Part shown: piece after piece, positions 9,346 to 19,934 of the stretch
How positions within the stretch are numbered: position 1 is the stretch's first letter
Layout: every line of letters begins with the position of its first letter
Assembly: GCA_041641695.1 (NCBI GenBank)
Contig: JBEPXV010000001.1
Span: 1 to 25,420 of the forward strand
DNA length: 25,420 nt
Direction of reading: 5' to 3'
From: Gammaproteobacteria bacterium
GTDB taxonomy: Bacteria; Pseudomonadota; Gammaproteobacteria; Arenicellales; JAANXG01
The notes under the pieces: generated by a model
Database searches by the model: none
What the model was told of the DNA's origin: nothing
What the model saw: only the letters and a program-made list of their open reading frames with translations
Position numbers and translations under genes: made by a program

Positions 9346-10425
9346 TCAGCCGGCGGCGCCGGCGGCAACGTAGTCGACGCTCTGCCCGGGGGAGACGAAC
9401 CCGCCGCCGGTGGTGATCACGCGCGCCCGCTCCGGAAGCCCGGTCACCCACACGCCTTGAGGGTCCGCGCGCACGATCTCGACGGGCAGGTACTCGACGC
9501 GCCCGTCGTCGGACACGAGCTTCACGCCCAGGCGGCCGGCGTCGTCGAGCTCCAGCAAGGCGGGGGACAGGCGATGGGCGTTGACGCCGCCGATGGGAAT
9601 GACAATCTCGGCGCTGGTGTTGGCCGGCACGCCGGCCGGATTGTCGATCTCTATCTCGACGCGGTAGGTACGGCTGGACTCGTCGGCGCGGGGCGCAATC
9701 GCGATGATCCGGCCGGCACGGGTTTCACCGGATACCAGCGTCACCCTCGCTTCACCGCCGAGCTCCACGGCGTTGAAGTGGCGCTGCGACAGCCACGCCT
9801 CGGCGATCAGCGGCGTATTGTCCACCACGGTAACGATGGTGCCCTGCACCGCCGCGTAATCACCGACATCCACCATGACCTGGTCGACGATGCCGTCGAA
9901 GGGCGCGACGATGCGCGTGCGGGCGATATCGAGCTCGATCCGGCGCAGCGCGGCCTGCGCGGACGCCAGGGCGGCGGCCGCCTCGTCCTGGCGGACTTCG
10001 GACTGCAGGCCGCTTTCCCCCAGCCGCCGAGCGGCTTCGTGCTCGCGTTCCCGCTGGCGCAGGATGGCCCGTGCCTCGGTGAGCCGGGCTTCGCGGTCGT
10101 CCATGTCGAGCCGGACCAACTCCTCCCCCTGCACCACACGCTGGCCCGACTCCACCAGCACCGCTTCGACCTGGCCGTCGGTCCGCGCGCGGAGTGTCGC
10201 GGCACGCTCCGGCTTCGCCTGGCCCTGGGCGACGATCCGGCGCTCGATACGCTCGGCCCCGATCTCGGTCACCTCGACGGTGAAGGCATCCGCCGGCTCA
10301 CCGGCGCCGGATTCATCGGGACCCGTAGTGGCACCGTCATCGCGCAGCAGGCCGCTCAGCATCCAGAGCACCACCGCCAGCGCGATGGCGCCGGCCAGCC
10401 AGTAGTTTCGCGGAATCCGGTTCAT
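9346..10425 (-). CDS. RND periplasmic adaptor (membrane fusion protein)
   Basis: N-terminal TM anchor, lipoyl-like GQRVVQGEELVRLD, an alpha-hairpin and TRIVAPFDGIV. AAGGAGG precedes the ATG at 10425. Confidence 0.92.
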   Translation of the reverse strand: MNRIPRNYWLAGAIALAVVLWMLSGLLRDDGATTGPDESGAGEPADAFTVEVTEIGAERIERRIVAQGQAKPERAATLRARTDGQVEAVLVESGQRVVQGEELVRLDMDDREARLTEARAILRQREREHEAARRLGESGLQSEVRQDEAAAALASAQAALRRIELDIARTRIVAPFDGIVDQVMVDVGDYAAVQGTIVTVVDNTPLIAEAWLSQRHFNAVELGGEARVTLVSGETRAGRIIAIAPRADESSRTYRVEIEIDNPAGVPANTSAEIVIPIGGVNAHRLSPALLELDDAGRLGVKLVSDDGRVEYLPVEIVRADPQGVWVTGLPERARVITTGGGFVSPGQSVDYVAAGAAG

Positions 10426-10521
10426 GGCCCTCCTTGTAGAACACACAACAGGATCAGAGAACAACCTTCTCCAGGAGGGAATGTTTCCCGACCTTGCCTC
10501 CTTGGCTTAATCCGGACGGCG

Positions 10522-11088
10522 CTACCAGAAGCGCGGCCGCCCGACGTCGAGGTGCACGAAGCTGCTCTTCGGGTAATAGCCGACCCCGCCGGCCTTCAGA
10601 TCCAACGCGACCTGGCGCAGCTCGGGAAGCGGCACGGACGGCAGCCGGACATCGATGGCCTTGCCCTGCATGTGCAGGCTTTTCTTGGCGACGCCGTTGC
10701 TGTTGGCTCGCAGCTTGGCATTGGTCTTCGGGGAACGGTAACCGGAGATCACGTGGTAGGGCTCGCGCGCTTCCAGCTTGCGGCGAACCACGGTAAGCAG
10801 GTCCAGCAGTTCCGTGTCGATCTCCGCCATCTCCTCGGCGCGATGGTCGCGCAGCACGTACGCGATGTCCTCCAACGCAACCGGGTCGTAAGACCCCCCG
10901 GCCCAGTACCGGCACTCGAGATGATCGTTGGTGTGCAGGTTGCGGAAGGCGAGCGTCCGGTCGGTGTCGGGTTTCAGTATCAGGGCCGGCGCCTCGCCGG
11001 CCACGCACAATCCGGCCGCCAGACCGAGGGTTCGGCTGACGAAACGCCGCCGGCCCGAGGAATGCCTCGAAGATTCAGGATTACTCAT
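10522..11088 (-). CDS. YcbK/DUF882 family Tat-exported peptidase M15 (MepK-like murein endopeptidase)
   Basis: Tat signal GRRRFVSRTLG, then RTLAFRNLHT, VISGYRSPKTN, SLHMQGKAID, GVGYYP and FVHLDVG (His/Asp/His zinc ligands). Confidence 0.92.
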   Translation of the reverse strand: MSNPESSRHSSGRRRFVSRTLGLAAGLCVAGEAPALILKPDTDRTLAFRNLHTNDHLECRYWAGGSYDPVALEDIAYVLRDHRAEEMAEIDTELLDLLTVVRRKLEAREPYHVISGYRSPKTNAKLRANSNGVAKKSLHMQGKAIDVRLPSVPLPELRQVALDLKAGGVGYYPKSSFVHLDVGRPRFW

Positions 11089-11287
11089 AATAGTCCGGTC
11101 AACTAGTCGATTCGGGTTGCAGGAATTCCGTGTGATCAGGCGCCGCTCTCAGGCGTTCAATGCGCCCGTCCAGGTCGTTTCTCTAATCAATGGCTTATCC
11201 ATTATCCACTCAGCAGCTCCAATACGCCAACTAAATCGATGCACGGTCAGCCACCCGGCGATTCTGAAGTTCCTGACAGCGCATTTG

Positions 11288-11301
11288 ATGATCTCGATCA
11301 A
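11288..11301. promoter_or_regulatory. FNR/Anr-type site upstream of the transporter-arcABC operon
   Basis: ATGATCTCGATCAA, one mismatch to consensus. A -10-like CATGCT at 11324-11329 gives -41.5 spacing. Confidence 0.7.
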
Positions 11302-11372
11302 CCCGGCGACTTGGCCGCTCATCCATGCTTCGGGCTCACATTTCCCGCCCCCGACCCCGAAGGAGCAACGCA

Positions 11373-13379
11373 GTGACCAATGATAAACGGACCACGGCTC
11401 GACCCGGCGCGACACACCCGCCGGCCTCCTCTCGCACCATCCTCACATTGGCCACCGGACTGCTGATTGCCGCGATCCTTGCCGTGATGCCGCGTTTCGC
11501 CACCGCGCAGGACGACCAGCCCTTCCAGCTCGACACTGGCGACCAAGTGGTCTCCGGCGTGGAGACTTCGGTCACCGTGCAGGGGCCGGAAGGCCTGATC
11601 ACCGAAGAAACGGCCGCCACGCTGCGGGTCGACGGCCGGGACTACCCGCTGACTCTGGGACCGGACGGCCGGGGCACCGTCGAGGGCGTGGTCTTCGGTG
11701 CGCTGGACAACGACGTGACGCTGCAAGTTGCCGGCCAGCCGGTGGCGGTGGACCCCGGGACCGGCACGGCCGTGCTGGACGCCTCCATCCCGGCGCTGCC
11801 CGGGTGGCTGTCGATACTGCCGCCCATCATCGCCATCCTGCTCGCGCTGCTCACCAAGCGCGTCATTCCCGCCCTCGTGATCGGCGTATGGGCCGGCGCC
11901 TGGTTCTCCAGTGAGCTCACCCTGGCGGGCATCTGGTACGGGCTGCTGGACGTCATCGACACCTGGGTCCTGCGGGCGCTGGTACCCGAGGACGGCGGCA
12001 CCGGTCACATGTCCATCATGCTGTTCACCATGCTCATCGGCGCCATGGTCGGAATCATCTACCGCAACGGCGGTACCCAGGCCATCGTCGACAAGCTGAC
12101 CGCCTGGGCCACCAACCGGCGGCGCGGCGAGGTCGCAGCCGGCGCCGTGGGCACGGCGATATTCTTCGACGACTATTCGAGCCTGCTGGTTCACGGCAAC
12201 GCCGTGCGGCCCATGACCGACCGCCTGAAGATCTCCCGGGAGAAGCTCGCCTATATCGTGGATACCAGCGCGGCCCCCATTGCGACCTGGGCGTTCATCA
12301 CTACCTGGATCGGATTCCAGGTCGGCCTGATCGCCGATGCTACGGCGGGTATCGCCGGAGTGGAGGGCAGCCCCTATGCGGTGTTTTTCTCCTCCATCCC
12401 CTACATGTTCTACCCGCTGCTGGCTTTCCTGTTCATGTGGCTGCTGATCGGCACCGGCCGCGACTGGGGGCCGATGGCGCGCGCCCAGGACCGCGCCCTG
12501 GGCGGCGACGTCGGCGGGACCACCGCCGAGCAGAGCGAACGGGCAGGTCTGGTCGAAAAGGAAGGCGTGCAACGCGGCGCGCTGAACGCCGTAGTTCCGA
12601 TCGTCGTGCTGCTCGCGGTCACCATCATCGGCCTGTTCGTTACCGGCTCCGGCGACACGCTGATGGATGTGATCGGCAGCGCCGACTCGTTCACCGCCCT
12701 GCTGTGGGGTTCGATGCTGGCGGTGATCGCCGCTGTGGTGATATCCGTGGGCCGCGGTCTGCTGTCCCTGGGCGAATCCGTGGAGAGCGGCATCGACGGC
12801 ATCAAAGCCGTGTTCGACGTGCTGGTGATCCTGACGCTGGCCTGGGCGCTGTCCGCGGTTACGGAAAATCTGCAGGCGGCAAACTGGCTGGCCTCCATGC
12901 TGGGCGAGGCGCTGCCCGCCGCCCTGATGCCGGCAATCCTGTTCGTGATCGCCGCGGCCATCGCCTTCGCCACCGGTACCAGCTGGGGCACCATGGGAAT
13001 CCTGCTGCCGCTGGCCGTGCCGCTCACCTGGACGATCATGGGCAACCAGGGCCTGGCCGGCGCCGATTACTTTTATATCCTTTACGGCGCCGTGGGCGCG
13101 ACGCTCGCCGGCGCGGTATGGGGCGACCACACCTCACCCATCTCCGACACCACCGTGCTGGCCTCGGCGACCTCCCATTGCGGCGTGGTCGAGCACGCCA
13201 ACACGCAGTTGCCGTACGGCCTGCTGGTCGGAGCGGTAGCGCTGGTGCTCGGCTACCTGCCGGCGGGCTTCGGGCTGCCGGCCTGGCTGTCGCTGGTCAT
13301 CGGCCTGGTCGCGCTGATCGTGATCGTGCTGTTCGTGTTCCGGGTTCCCGAATCGTCCACCACGAAAAATCAATCATGA
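11373..13379 (+). CDS. NhaC-family transporter with N-terminal extracytoplasmic domain; putative arginine/ornithine exchanger
   Basis: Motifs [80 protein letters not shown] start follows AAGGAG. Its stop overlaps the arcA start (ATGA). Confidence 0.85.
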   Translation: MTNDKRTTARPGATHPPASSRTILTLATGLLIAAILAVMPRFATAQDDQPFQLDTGDQVVSGVETSVTVQGPEGLITEETAATLRVDGRDYPLTLGPDGRGTVEGVVFGALDNDVTLQVAGQPVAVDPGTGTAVLDASIPALPGWLSILPPIIAILLALLTKRVIPALVIGVWAGAWFSSELTLAGIWYGLLDVIDTWVLRALVPEDGGTGHMSIMLFTMLIGAMVGIIYRNGGTQAIVDKLTAWATNRRRGEVAAGAVGTAIFFDDYSSLLVHGNAVRPMTDRLKISREKLAYIVDTSAAPIATWAFITTWIGFQVGLIADATAGIAGVEGSPYAVFFSSIPYMFYPLLAFLFMWLLIGTGRDWGPMARAQDRALGGDVGGTTAEQSERAGLVEKEGVQRGALNAVVPIVVLLAVTIIGLFVTGSGDTLMDVIGSADSFTALLWGSMLAVIAAVVISVGRGLLSLGESVESGIDGIKAVFDVLVILTLAWALSAVTENLQAANWLASMLGEALPAALMPAILFVIAAAIAFATGTSWGTMGILLPLAVPLTWTIMGNQGLAGADYFYILYGAVGATLAGAVWGDHTSPISDTTVLASATSHCGVVEHANTQLPYGLLVGAVALVLGYLPAGFGLPAWLSLVIGLVALIVIVLFVFRVPESSTTKNQS

Positions 13380-14611
13380 ACACCGACACCAATGACAACG
13401 GCCTCGGAGTCTGGTCCGAGGTCGGGAAACTCAAACGGGTACTGGTGCATCGCCCCGACCTGAGCCTGCGCCGGCTCACACCCGGAAACTGCCACGACCT
13501 GTTGTTCGACGACGTGCTGTGGGTCAAGCGGGCGCGCCAGGAGCACGACGTCTTTGTCGATGTGCTGCGCGATCGCGGCGTCGAGGTGCTGCAGCTTCGC
13601 GAGCTGCTCGCCGAGACCCTGGAGATCCCCGAGGCCCGGGACTGGCTGCTCGACCGCGTCGTCTCGCCGCTGCGCTCGGGTGTGACCATGCTGGCGGAGA
13701 TGCGGGCCTGGCTCGAGGAGATATCCACCCATGACCTGTCGAAGCACCTGATCGGCGGCCTGGCCAAGGCGGAGAGTCCGTTCGCCGGAGACGGGCTGAC
13801 CGGGCAGTTCATGGATCGCCACGAGTTCATCCTGCCGCCGCTGCCCAATCACCTGTTCACGCGGGATACTTCCTGCTGGATCTACCAGGGGGTTTCGATC
13901 AACCCCATGGCCATGCACGCCCGCAAGCGCGAAACACTCAACTACCAGGCCATATACCGCTTCCATCCGATGTTTACGGGCGGCGGTTATGAAGTCTGGT
14001 TCGGCAGCGAAGAGCAGGACTATGCCGATGCCACCATCGAGGGCGGCGACGTGATGCCCATCGGCAACGGCGCCGTCCTGGTGGGCATGGGGGAGCGCAC
14101 CACGCCCCAGGCCGTGGAGTGCCTGGCGCAGTCACTGTTCCGCGGCGGCGGCGCCGAACGCGTGATCGCCGCGGCATTTCCCCGCGCCCGCTCCGCCATG
14201 CACCTGGACACAGTGTTCACCATGCTCGACCGCGACAAGGTGACCTGCTTCCCGGAAGCGGTGGAGACGTTCCGCACCTGGAGCCTGCGACCGGGCGACG
14301 GTGATGGCGGCATCGAATTGTCCACGGAGAAGGGTTTCATGGAGGCGGTCTCCGACGCCCTCGGCACGACCCTGACTACCATTCCCACCGGCGGTGACAG
14401 CTACGAAGCCGAGCGCGAGCAATGGGACGACGGCAACAACACCCTGGCCGTGGAGCCCGGCGTGGTGATCGGCTATGACCGGAATGTCTACACCAATACC
14501 CAGCTCCGCAAGGCGGGCGTGGAAGTGATTACCATCCCCGGCTACGAACTGTCCCGCGGCCGGGGCGGCGCCCACTGTATGAGCTGCCCGATCCAGCGCG
14601 ACGGCATCTGA
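13376..14611 (+). CDS. arcA: Arginine deiminase
   Basis: 411 aa from ATG 13376: [68 protein letters not shown] (catalytic Cys). Confidence 0.97.
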   Translation: MNTDTNDNGLGVWSEVGKLKRVLVHRPDLSLRRLTPGNCHDLLFDDVLWVKRARQEHDVFVDVLRDRGVEVLQLRELLAETLEIPEARDWLLDRVVSPLRSGVTMLAEMRAWLEEISTHDLSKHLIGGLAKAESPFAGDGLTGQFMDRHEFILPPLPNHLFTRDTSCWIYQGVSINPMAMHARKRETLNYQAIYRFHPMFTGGGYEVWFGSEEQDYADATIEGGDVMPIGNGAVLVGMGERTTPQAVECLAQSLFRGGGAERVIAAAFPRARSAMHLDTVFTMLDRDKVTCFPEAVETFRTWSLRPGDGDGGIELSTEKGFMEAVSDALGTTLTTIPTGGDSYEAEREQWDDGNNTLAVEPGVVIGYDRNVYTNTQLRKAGVEVITIPGYELSRGRGGAHCMSCPIQRDGI

Positions 14612-14629
14612 AGGAGGTAAACACCAGCC

Positions 14630-15622
14630 ATGCTACGCAACCGAAGCTTTCTCAAGCTCAGCGATTTCTTCCCGGAGGAGATCGAGTATCTGATCAACTT
14701 TGCATCTGAGCTCAAGGAGGAAAAGCGCGCCGGTACCGAGCGCCAGCGACTGAACGGAAAGAATATTGCCTTGATATTCGAGAAGGACTCCACCCGGACC
14801 CGCTGCGCCTTCGAGGTCGCCGTGCACGACCAGGGCGCCCACGTTACCTATATCGGCCCCAGCGGGTCGCACATCGGCGTCAAGGAAACTGTGAAGGACA
14901 CGGCGCGCGTCCTCGGCCGCATGTACGACGGCATCGAGTACCGGGGCTTCGGCCAGGCGATTGTCGAGGAGCTTGCCACCCACGCGGGCGTGCCGGTGTG
15001 GAACGGCCTGACGGACGAATTTCACCCGACCCAGATCCTGGCGGACTTCCTGACCATGCGCGAGCACTGCGACAAGCCGCTTCACGACATCTCGTTCTGT
15101 TTCCTCGGCGACTCGCACAACAATATCGCCGATTCGCTGATGGTGGGCGCCGCCAAGCTGGGCATGGATTTCCGCATGGGATCCCCGGCCGCTTCCCACC
15201 CCCGGGGCGACGTCCTGACCTATGCGACGGAGCTGGCGGGGGACCGCGGCGGCTCGATCACCCTGACCCAGGACATCGACGCGGCGGTGGAGGGCGTGGA
15301 CTTCATTTACACCGATGTGTGGGTATCCATGGGCGAGCCGGACTCGGTGTGGAACGAGCGCGTGGCGATGCTGCGCCCTTACCAGGTGAATATGGACGTG
15401 CTGGACCGCAGCAGGAATCCCGAAGTGAAGTTCATGCACTGCCTGCCGGCTTTCCATAACCGGGAGACGGAAAAGGGGGAGAAGATTTTCGAGAAATACG
15501 GCCTGGACGGCATGGAGGTCACCGAGGACGTGTTCGAGTCGAGCCACTCCATCGTGTTCGACCAGGCCGAGAACCGGCTGCATACCATCAAGGCCGTGAT
15601 CGTGGCCACGCTGGGAGACTGA
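14630..15622 (+). CDS. arcB: Ornithine carbamoyltransferase, catabolic
   Basis: [59 protein letters not shown]; lies between arcA and arcC. Confidence 0.96.
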   Translation: MLRNRSFLKLSDFFPEEIEYLINFASELKEEKRAGTERQRLNGKNIALIFEKDSTRTRCAFEVAVHDQGAHVTYIGPSGSHIGVKETVKDTARVLGRMYDGIEYRGFGQAIVEELATHAGVPVWNGLTDEFHPTQILADFLTMREHCDKPLHDISFCFLGDSHNNIADSLMVGAAKLGMDFRMGSPAASHPRGDVLTYATELAGDRGGSITLTQDIDAAVEGVDFIYTDVWVSMGEPDSVWNERVAMLRPYQVNMDVLDRSRNPEVKFMHCLPAFHNRETEKGEKIFEKYGLDGMEVTEDVFESSHSIVFDQAENRLHTIKAVIVATLGD

Positions 15623-15626
15623 CGCC

Positions 15627-16529
15627 GTGCGGGTGGTGGTGGCCCTCGGGGGCAACGCGCTGCTCAGGCGCGGCGAGCCCCTGGAAGCGGATGTCCAGCG
15701 CCGCAATATCAAACGCGCCGTGGACGCCCTGGCACCCGTCGCGGCGGAGCACGAGCTTGCCATCACCCACGGCAACGGCCCCCAGGTCGGGCTGCTGGCG
15801 CTGGAGTCCTACGCCTACCGGGAAGTCGGGGAGTATCCGCTGGACGTGCTCGGCGCCGAAAGCGAGGGCATGATCGGCTACATGATCGAGCAGGAGCTCG
15901 CCGGCCGCCTGCCGGGGCGCGAAACCGCCGTGCTGCTGACCCAGGTCGCCGTCGATCCGGAGGACCCCGCGTTTCGGAATCCGACCAAGCCGATCGGGCC
16001 CTGGTACGACAAGGGCGACGCCGAGCGTCTGGGCAGCGAGCGGGGCTGGTCCTTCGTCGCCACGGGCGGCCAGTACCGGCGGGTGGTCCCCTCTCCCCTG
16101 CCCCGGCGCATTCTCGAGATCGGGACCATACGCCTGCTGATCGACGCCGGCGTCATCGTCATCTCGGTGGGCGGCGGCGGTATCCCGGTCATCGTTTCCG
16201 ACGACGGCGTGATCCGCGGTGTCGAGGGGGTCATCGACAAGGACCGCGCCGCCGCGCTCCTGGCCAGCGAGATCGGCGCCGACGCCCTGCTGCTGCTCAC
16301 CGACGTCGACGGGGTGTACGCCGGCTGGGGAACCGAAGAGCAGCGCCGGCTGGGAGAGACCACGCCGGAAGAGCTCGGTGCCCTGGACCTGGAAGCGGGC
16401 TCCATGGGCCCCAAGGTGGAGGCCGCCTGCACCTTCGCCCGGCATACCGGCGGTCTCGCCGGCATCGGGGCGCTGGAAGACGCCGGCGCGATCCTGGCGG
16501 GCGAAGCGGGCACTCGCATCCGGCGCTGA
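15627..16529 (+). CDS. arcC: Carbamate kinase
   Basis: VVALGGNAL, THGNGPQVG, NPTKPIGP, YRRVVPSPLP, GGGGIPV, GVIDKD, LTDVDGVY, GSMGPKVEAA. Confidence 0.96.
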   Translation: MRVVVALGGNALLRRGEPLEADVQRRNIKRAVDALAPVAAEHELAITHGNGPQVGLLALESYAYREVGEYPLDVLGAESEGMIGYMIEQELAGRLPGRETAVLLTQVAVDPEDPAFRNPTKPIGPWYDKGDAERLGSERGWSFVATGGQYRRVVPSPLPRRILEIGTIRLLIDAGVIVISVGGGGIPVIVSDDGVIRGVEGVIDKDRAAALLASEIGADALLLLTDVDGVYAGWGTEEQRRLGETTPEELGALDLEAGSMGPKVEAACTFARHTGGLAGIGALEDAGAILAGEAGTRIRR

Positions 16530-16579
16530 CGTGCCGGCCGCCCGGCATCCTCGCCAAGCGCCGGGTTTCTCCCGCTTGC

Positions 16580-16593
16580 TTGACCTGGGTTAA
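16580..16593. promoter_or_regulatory. FNR-like site upstream of dodecin
   Basis: TTGACCTGGGTTAA is a TTGAC-N4-GTCAA variant with one change. An extended -10-like TGnTACGCT at 16612-16620 gives about -40.5 spacing. Confidence 0.5.
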
Positions 16594-16684
16594 CTCGCCG
16601 TTCGAAACGGCTGTTACGCTGACACCCGTTTTACAAGACATCAGCCAGCCAACCAATACGCCTGATCAGGCGGGGAGGACTTCA

Positions 16685-16885
16685 ATGTCCGTAGCAAAAG
16701 TGATCGAGATAACCGCCAACTCCACCGAGAGCTTTGAGGACGCCATCGAACAGGGCATCAAGTCCGCCGCCCGGAGCGTTCACAACATCAAGGGAGCATG
16801 GGTCAAGGAACAGCAGGTCGTCGTCGACGGCGACCAGGTCTCCGAGTACCGCGTCGACCTGAAAGTCACCTTCGTTCTCGACTGA
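16685..16885 (+). CDS. Dodecin family flavin-binding protein (66 aa)
   Basis: MSVAKVIEITANSTESFEDAIEQGI...YRVDLKVTFVLD is the typical dodecin pattern. GGAGG RBS. Confidence 0.92.
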   Translation: MSVAKVIEITANSTESFEDAIEQGIKSAARSVHNIKGAWVKEQQVVVDGDQVSEYRVDLKVTFVLD

Positions 16886-16891
16886 AGCCGC

Positions 16892-16944
16892 GAGTGCCGC
16901 CCTCCTCGCCCGCCGGACAACGAGGGCAAAAGGGGGCGGCACTC
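16892..16944. terminator. Hairpin between convergent dodecin and hpf genes
   Basis: 11-bp perfect inverted repeat GAGTGCCGCCC (16892-16902) / GGGCGGCACTC (16934-16944), with additional imperfect inner pairing. No clear U tract. Confidence 0.5.
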
Positions 16945-16967
16945 CGTCAACGTGCCCGCGGCCGGCG

Positions 16968-17342
16968 CTACTCGATGGTCTCTCCGGGAGGCACCGGCGG
17001 CTCGTGGGTCTTGACCTTGCCCCGCCGCCGCTGCTCGTACTCCTTCAATTGGCGGCGGGCGCTGTTGAACGCGTCGCGGATCGCGACGTAAACATCTTCG
17101 TGGGCGTGGTTCTCGGCCGGGCTCCGGCTTGCCACGATTTCAGTGTCGGGCACGTGGAGCTCGATGAGAACGCTGTAGATCTTGCCCTTGTGGTGGTGCT
17201 TGTGGGGCGCGTCGATGGTCACGTGGCAGGCCGTGACCTGGTCGCTGAACTGCTCCAGCTTGTCGACCTTTTCCCGCACGGCTTTCTCCACGGCCGTGGA
17301 AGGATCCATATTGTGATAGGTAAGCTGTAAGGATACCGCCAT
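16968..17342 (-). CDS. HPF/RaiA family ribosome-associated (hibernation) protein
   Basis: [60 protein letters not shown]. Confidence 0.9.
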   Translation of the reverse strand: MAVSLQLTYHNMDPSTAVEKAVREKVDKLEQFSDQVTACHVTIDAPHKHHHKGKIYSVLIELHVPDTEIVASRSPAENHAHEDVYVAIRDAFNSARRQLKEYEQRRRGKVKTHEPPVPPGETIE

Positions 17343-17404
17343 ATCGATTGCACCTGGTTGAGAACCGGAGAATCCGATTGTGCGCAGTCCCCCGCCGACA
17401 CCTA

Positions 17405-17418
17405 TTGATCCGTGTCAA
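17405..17418. promoter_or_regulatory. FNR/Anr-type site for the hpf gene
   Basis: TTGATCCGTGTCAA, one mismatch. A -10-like CACAAT (minus strand, 17377-17382) puts the centre at -41.5 for hpf. Confidence 0.78.
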
Positions 17419-17509
17419 TCAAGCGGCTGAAATGGAGCGCGCACCCGGACCGTCCGGCATCGAGTGCGTGCGGGGAGCATTCCGGGGCAACTCCGGCTAT
17501 ATTCGCGAC

Positions 17510-19066
17510 ATGACCGACAGGAACACAGCTACCGGCCGACTGAAGCTGCGCCACGTGGCCGTGGACACCTACCACGAGAACGTGGCCTACATGCACCGGG
17601 ACTGTGAGAATTACCGCGCGGAGGGATTTCAGGCGCTGTCCAAGATCAAGATCAGCTCCGATGGTCACGCCATACTGGCCATGTTGAACGTAGTGCGCGA
17701 CGACTCCCTGGTCTCGCCGGACGAACTGGGCCTGTGCGACCAGGCCTTCGAGCAGCTCGACCTCGAGGAGGGAACGAACCTGACCGTCGAGCACGCCGAG
17801 CAGCCCCGGTCCATGAGCTGCGTGCGCCGCAAGATCGAGGGGGAGCGCCTGAACAGAGCGGACTTCCAGGCCATTACCCGGGACATCGTCGACAACCAAT
17901 ACACCAAGATGGAGATGGCGGCATTCCTTGTCGCCGCCGACCAGGGCGGGCTCGACCGCGACGAGGTTCTCTACTACACCGAGGCCATGGCCGACACGGG
18001 TCGCCGGCTGGACTGGCACGAGTCCCTGGTGGCGGACAAGCATTGTATCGGCGGGATACCCGGCAACCGAACGTCCATGCTGGTGGTGCCCATCGTGGCG
18101 GCCCACGGCATGCTCATTCCCAAGACCTCCAGCCGCGCCATCACCTCGCCCGCCGGCACCGCCGACACCATGGAGGTGCTGGCAAAAGTCGACCTGTCGC
18201 CGGCCGATCTGCACCGGATCGTGCGCAGCGAGCGGGGCTGCCTGGCCTGGGGAGGAACCGCGCAACTGGCCCCGGTGGACGACATTCTCATCGCCGTTGA
18301 GCGGCCGCTGGGTATCGACGCCATGGGACAGATGGTGGCGTCGATCCTGGCCAAGAAGCTGGCGGCCGGCTCAACCCATCTCCTGGTGGACATTCCCGTC
18401 GGGCCGACCGCCAAAATCCGCAGCGAGCGCAGCGCCATGCAGCTTCGCAAGCTGTTCGAGTACGTCGGCGACCGCTGCGGCATCCACCTCGAGGTCATGA
18501 TCAGCGACGGCAGCCAGCCCGTGGGGCGCGGTATCGGGCCCGTTCTCGAAGCCCGCGACGTTATGCAGATCCTGCGCAACGACCCGGCGGGGCCGGAGGA
18601 CCTGCGCCTCAAGGCCTTGTACCTGGCCGGCCGCGTGCTGGAGTTCGATCCCGATGTGCGCGGCGGCCGGGGCTTCGCTATAGCCCGGGACATCCTGGAA
18701 TCGGGGCGGGCACTGACCCGGATGGAGGCTCTTATCGAGGCGCAGGGCGTACAATCCCGGCCGCCGGAGCTGGGCACGCTCATCCACGAGGTGACCGCCC
18801 GGCGCGAGGGGGTGATCGGGGCGATCGACAATTACCGCCTCAACCGGATCGCCAGCCTGGCGGGCGCGCCCATGGACAAGGGTGCCGGCGTGGACCTGTT
18901 GAAGAAAATCGGGGACCCGGTCGCCGCGGGCGAGCCCATGTACCGGCTGCACGCCCAATTCCAGGCCAACTTCAAGTTCGCGCGGAACATGATAGAAAAG
19001 GACACTGGGTTCACGATCGGCGACGACGACAACATCGAATCGGAAATTTCAAATGCCCGGAAGTAA
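17510..19066 (+). CDS. AMP phosphorylase / archaeal-type thymidine phosphorylase family protein
   Basis: 518 aa from ATG 17510, with the extra N-terminal domain ([17 protein letters not shown]...ALSKIKI) of the AMP-phosphorylase type. Also [71 protein letters not shown]. Confidence 0.9.
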   Translation: MTDRNTATGRLKLRHVAVDTYHENVAYMHRDCENYRAEGFQALSKIKISSDGHAILAMLNVVRDDSLVSPDELGLCDQAFEQLDLEEGTNLTVEHAEQPRSMSCVRRKIEGERLNRADFQAITRDIVDNQYTKMEMAAFLVAADQGGLDRDEVLYYTEAMADTGRRLDWHESLVADKHCIGGIPGNRTSMLVVPIVAAHGMLIPKTSSRAITSPAGTADTMEVLAKVDLSPADLHRIVRSERGCLAWGGTAQLAPVDDILIAVERPLGIDAMGQMVASILAKKLAAGSTHLLVDIPVGPTAKIRSERSAMQLRKLFEYVGDRCGIHLEVMISDGSQPVGRGIGPVLEARDVMQILRNDPAGPEDLRLKALYLAGRVLEFDPDVRGGRGFAIARDILESGRALTRMEALIEAQGVQSRPPELGTLIHEVTARREGVIGAIDNYRLNRIASLAGAPMDKGAGVDLLKKIGDPVAAGEPMYRLHAQFQANFKFARNMIEKDTGFTIGDDDNIESEISNARK

Positions 19067-19934
19067 GCGCTTGCTGGTCCTCGGTTTCCCGGAATACGTG
19101 GAACAGGCGAACCGCCTGGCCGGCGCCCTGGACAGCGCCTGCAAGATTATCGACATTCACCGTTTCCCTGACGGCGAAAGCCGGGTACGGCTGCCGGAGG
19201 AAGTACCGGCCCACGTGGTGCTGTGCCGCAGCCTGAACCAGCCCAACGACAAGCTTGTGGAGCTGATGCTCGCCGCCCGCACGGCGCGGGAACTGGGCGC
19301 CCGGGTCCTGACCCTGGCGGCGCCGTACCTGTGCTACATGCGCCAGGATGCCGCCTTCGCCGGCGGCGAGGCCGTCAGCCAGACCATCGTCGGGGAATGG
19401 CTGGGCAGCCTGTTCGATCGCGTCGTCACCGTGGACCCGCATCTGCACCGGACCGGCACCCTGGACGAGGTGGTGCCCGGCGCCGAGGCCGTCACGGTGA
19501 GCGCCGCGCCGGCTATGAGCGAGTACCTGAAGCACCTGCCCGACGCGCCGCTGCTCATCGGCCCCGACGATGAGGCCCGCCAGTGGGTGCAGCAGATCGC
19601 CGAGCTGTCGAACGTGGAATTCGCGGTGGCCACCAAGCAGCGCAGCGGCGACCGCGACGTGGAGGTGACCCTTTCCGACCACGACTGCGGAAACCGGAAC
19701 GTGGTGCTGGTGGACGACATCATCAGCACCGGCGAGACCATGGCCGCCGCCGTGCGCCACGCCCGGGCGGACGGCGCCGCGGCGATCCATTGCCTCGTCA
19801 CCCACGCCCTGTTCTGCGAAAGCGCGCTCGAGCTCCTTGAATCGGCGGGCGCGACCGGCATCGTCAGCACCGACAGCATCGAGCATCCTTCCAACAGGAT
19901 CCATCTGGCCCCGCTCATCGCAGAGGCCATATGA
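19053..19934 (+). CDS. Ribose-phosphate pyrophosphokinase, short archaeal-like type
   Basis: [50 protein letters not shown]. 293 aa; overlaps the upstream gene by 14 nt. Confidence 0.88.
   Translation: MPGSKRLLVLGFPEYVEQANRLAGALDSACKIIDIHRFPDGESRVRLPEEVPAHVVLCRSLNQPNDKLVELMLAARTARELGARVLTLAAPYLCYMRQDAAFAGGEAVSQTIVGEWLGSLFDRVVTVDPHLHRTGTLDEVVPGAEAVTVSAAPAMSEYLKHLPDAPLLIGPDDEARQWVQQIAELSNVEFAVATKQRSGDRDVEVTLSDHDCGNRNVVLVDDIISTGETMAAAVRHARADGAAAIHCLVTHALFCESALELLESAGATGIVSTDSIEHPSNRIHLAPLIAEAI

Noticed and set aside
9259-11106. 615-aa plus-strand ORF (also 11319-13130, 3855-5192, 14633-15775, 19011-19904 and similar)
   Set aside because: These are antisense or off-frame shadows of well-supported genes, expected at high GC, with no recognisable motifs.
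12437-13375. 313-aa N-terminal extension of ArcA in the 724-aa ORF
   Set aside because: It overlaps the NhaC gene in another frame and is Arg/Gly-rich noise. ArcA homology begins at ATG 13376, which overlaps the upstream stop.
17348-17509. Longer start for the phosphorylase (572 aa)
   Set aside because: The extension runs through the hpf promoter and FNR box and has no family-like sequence.
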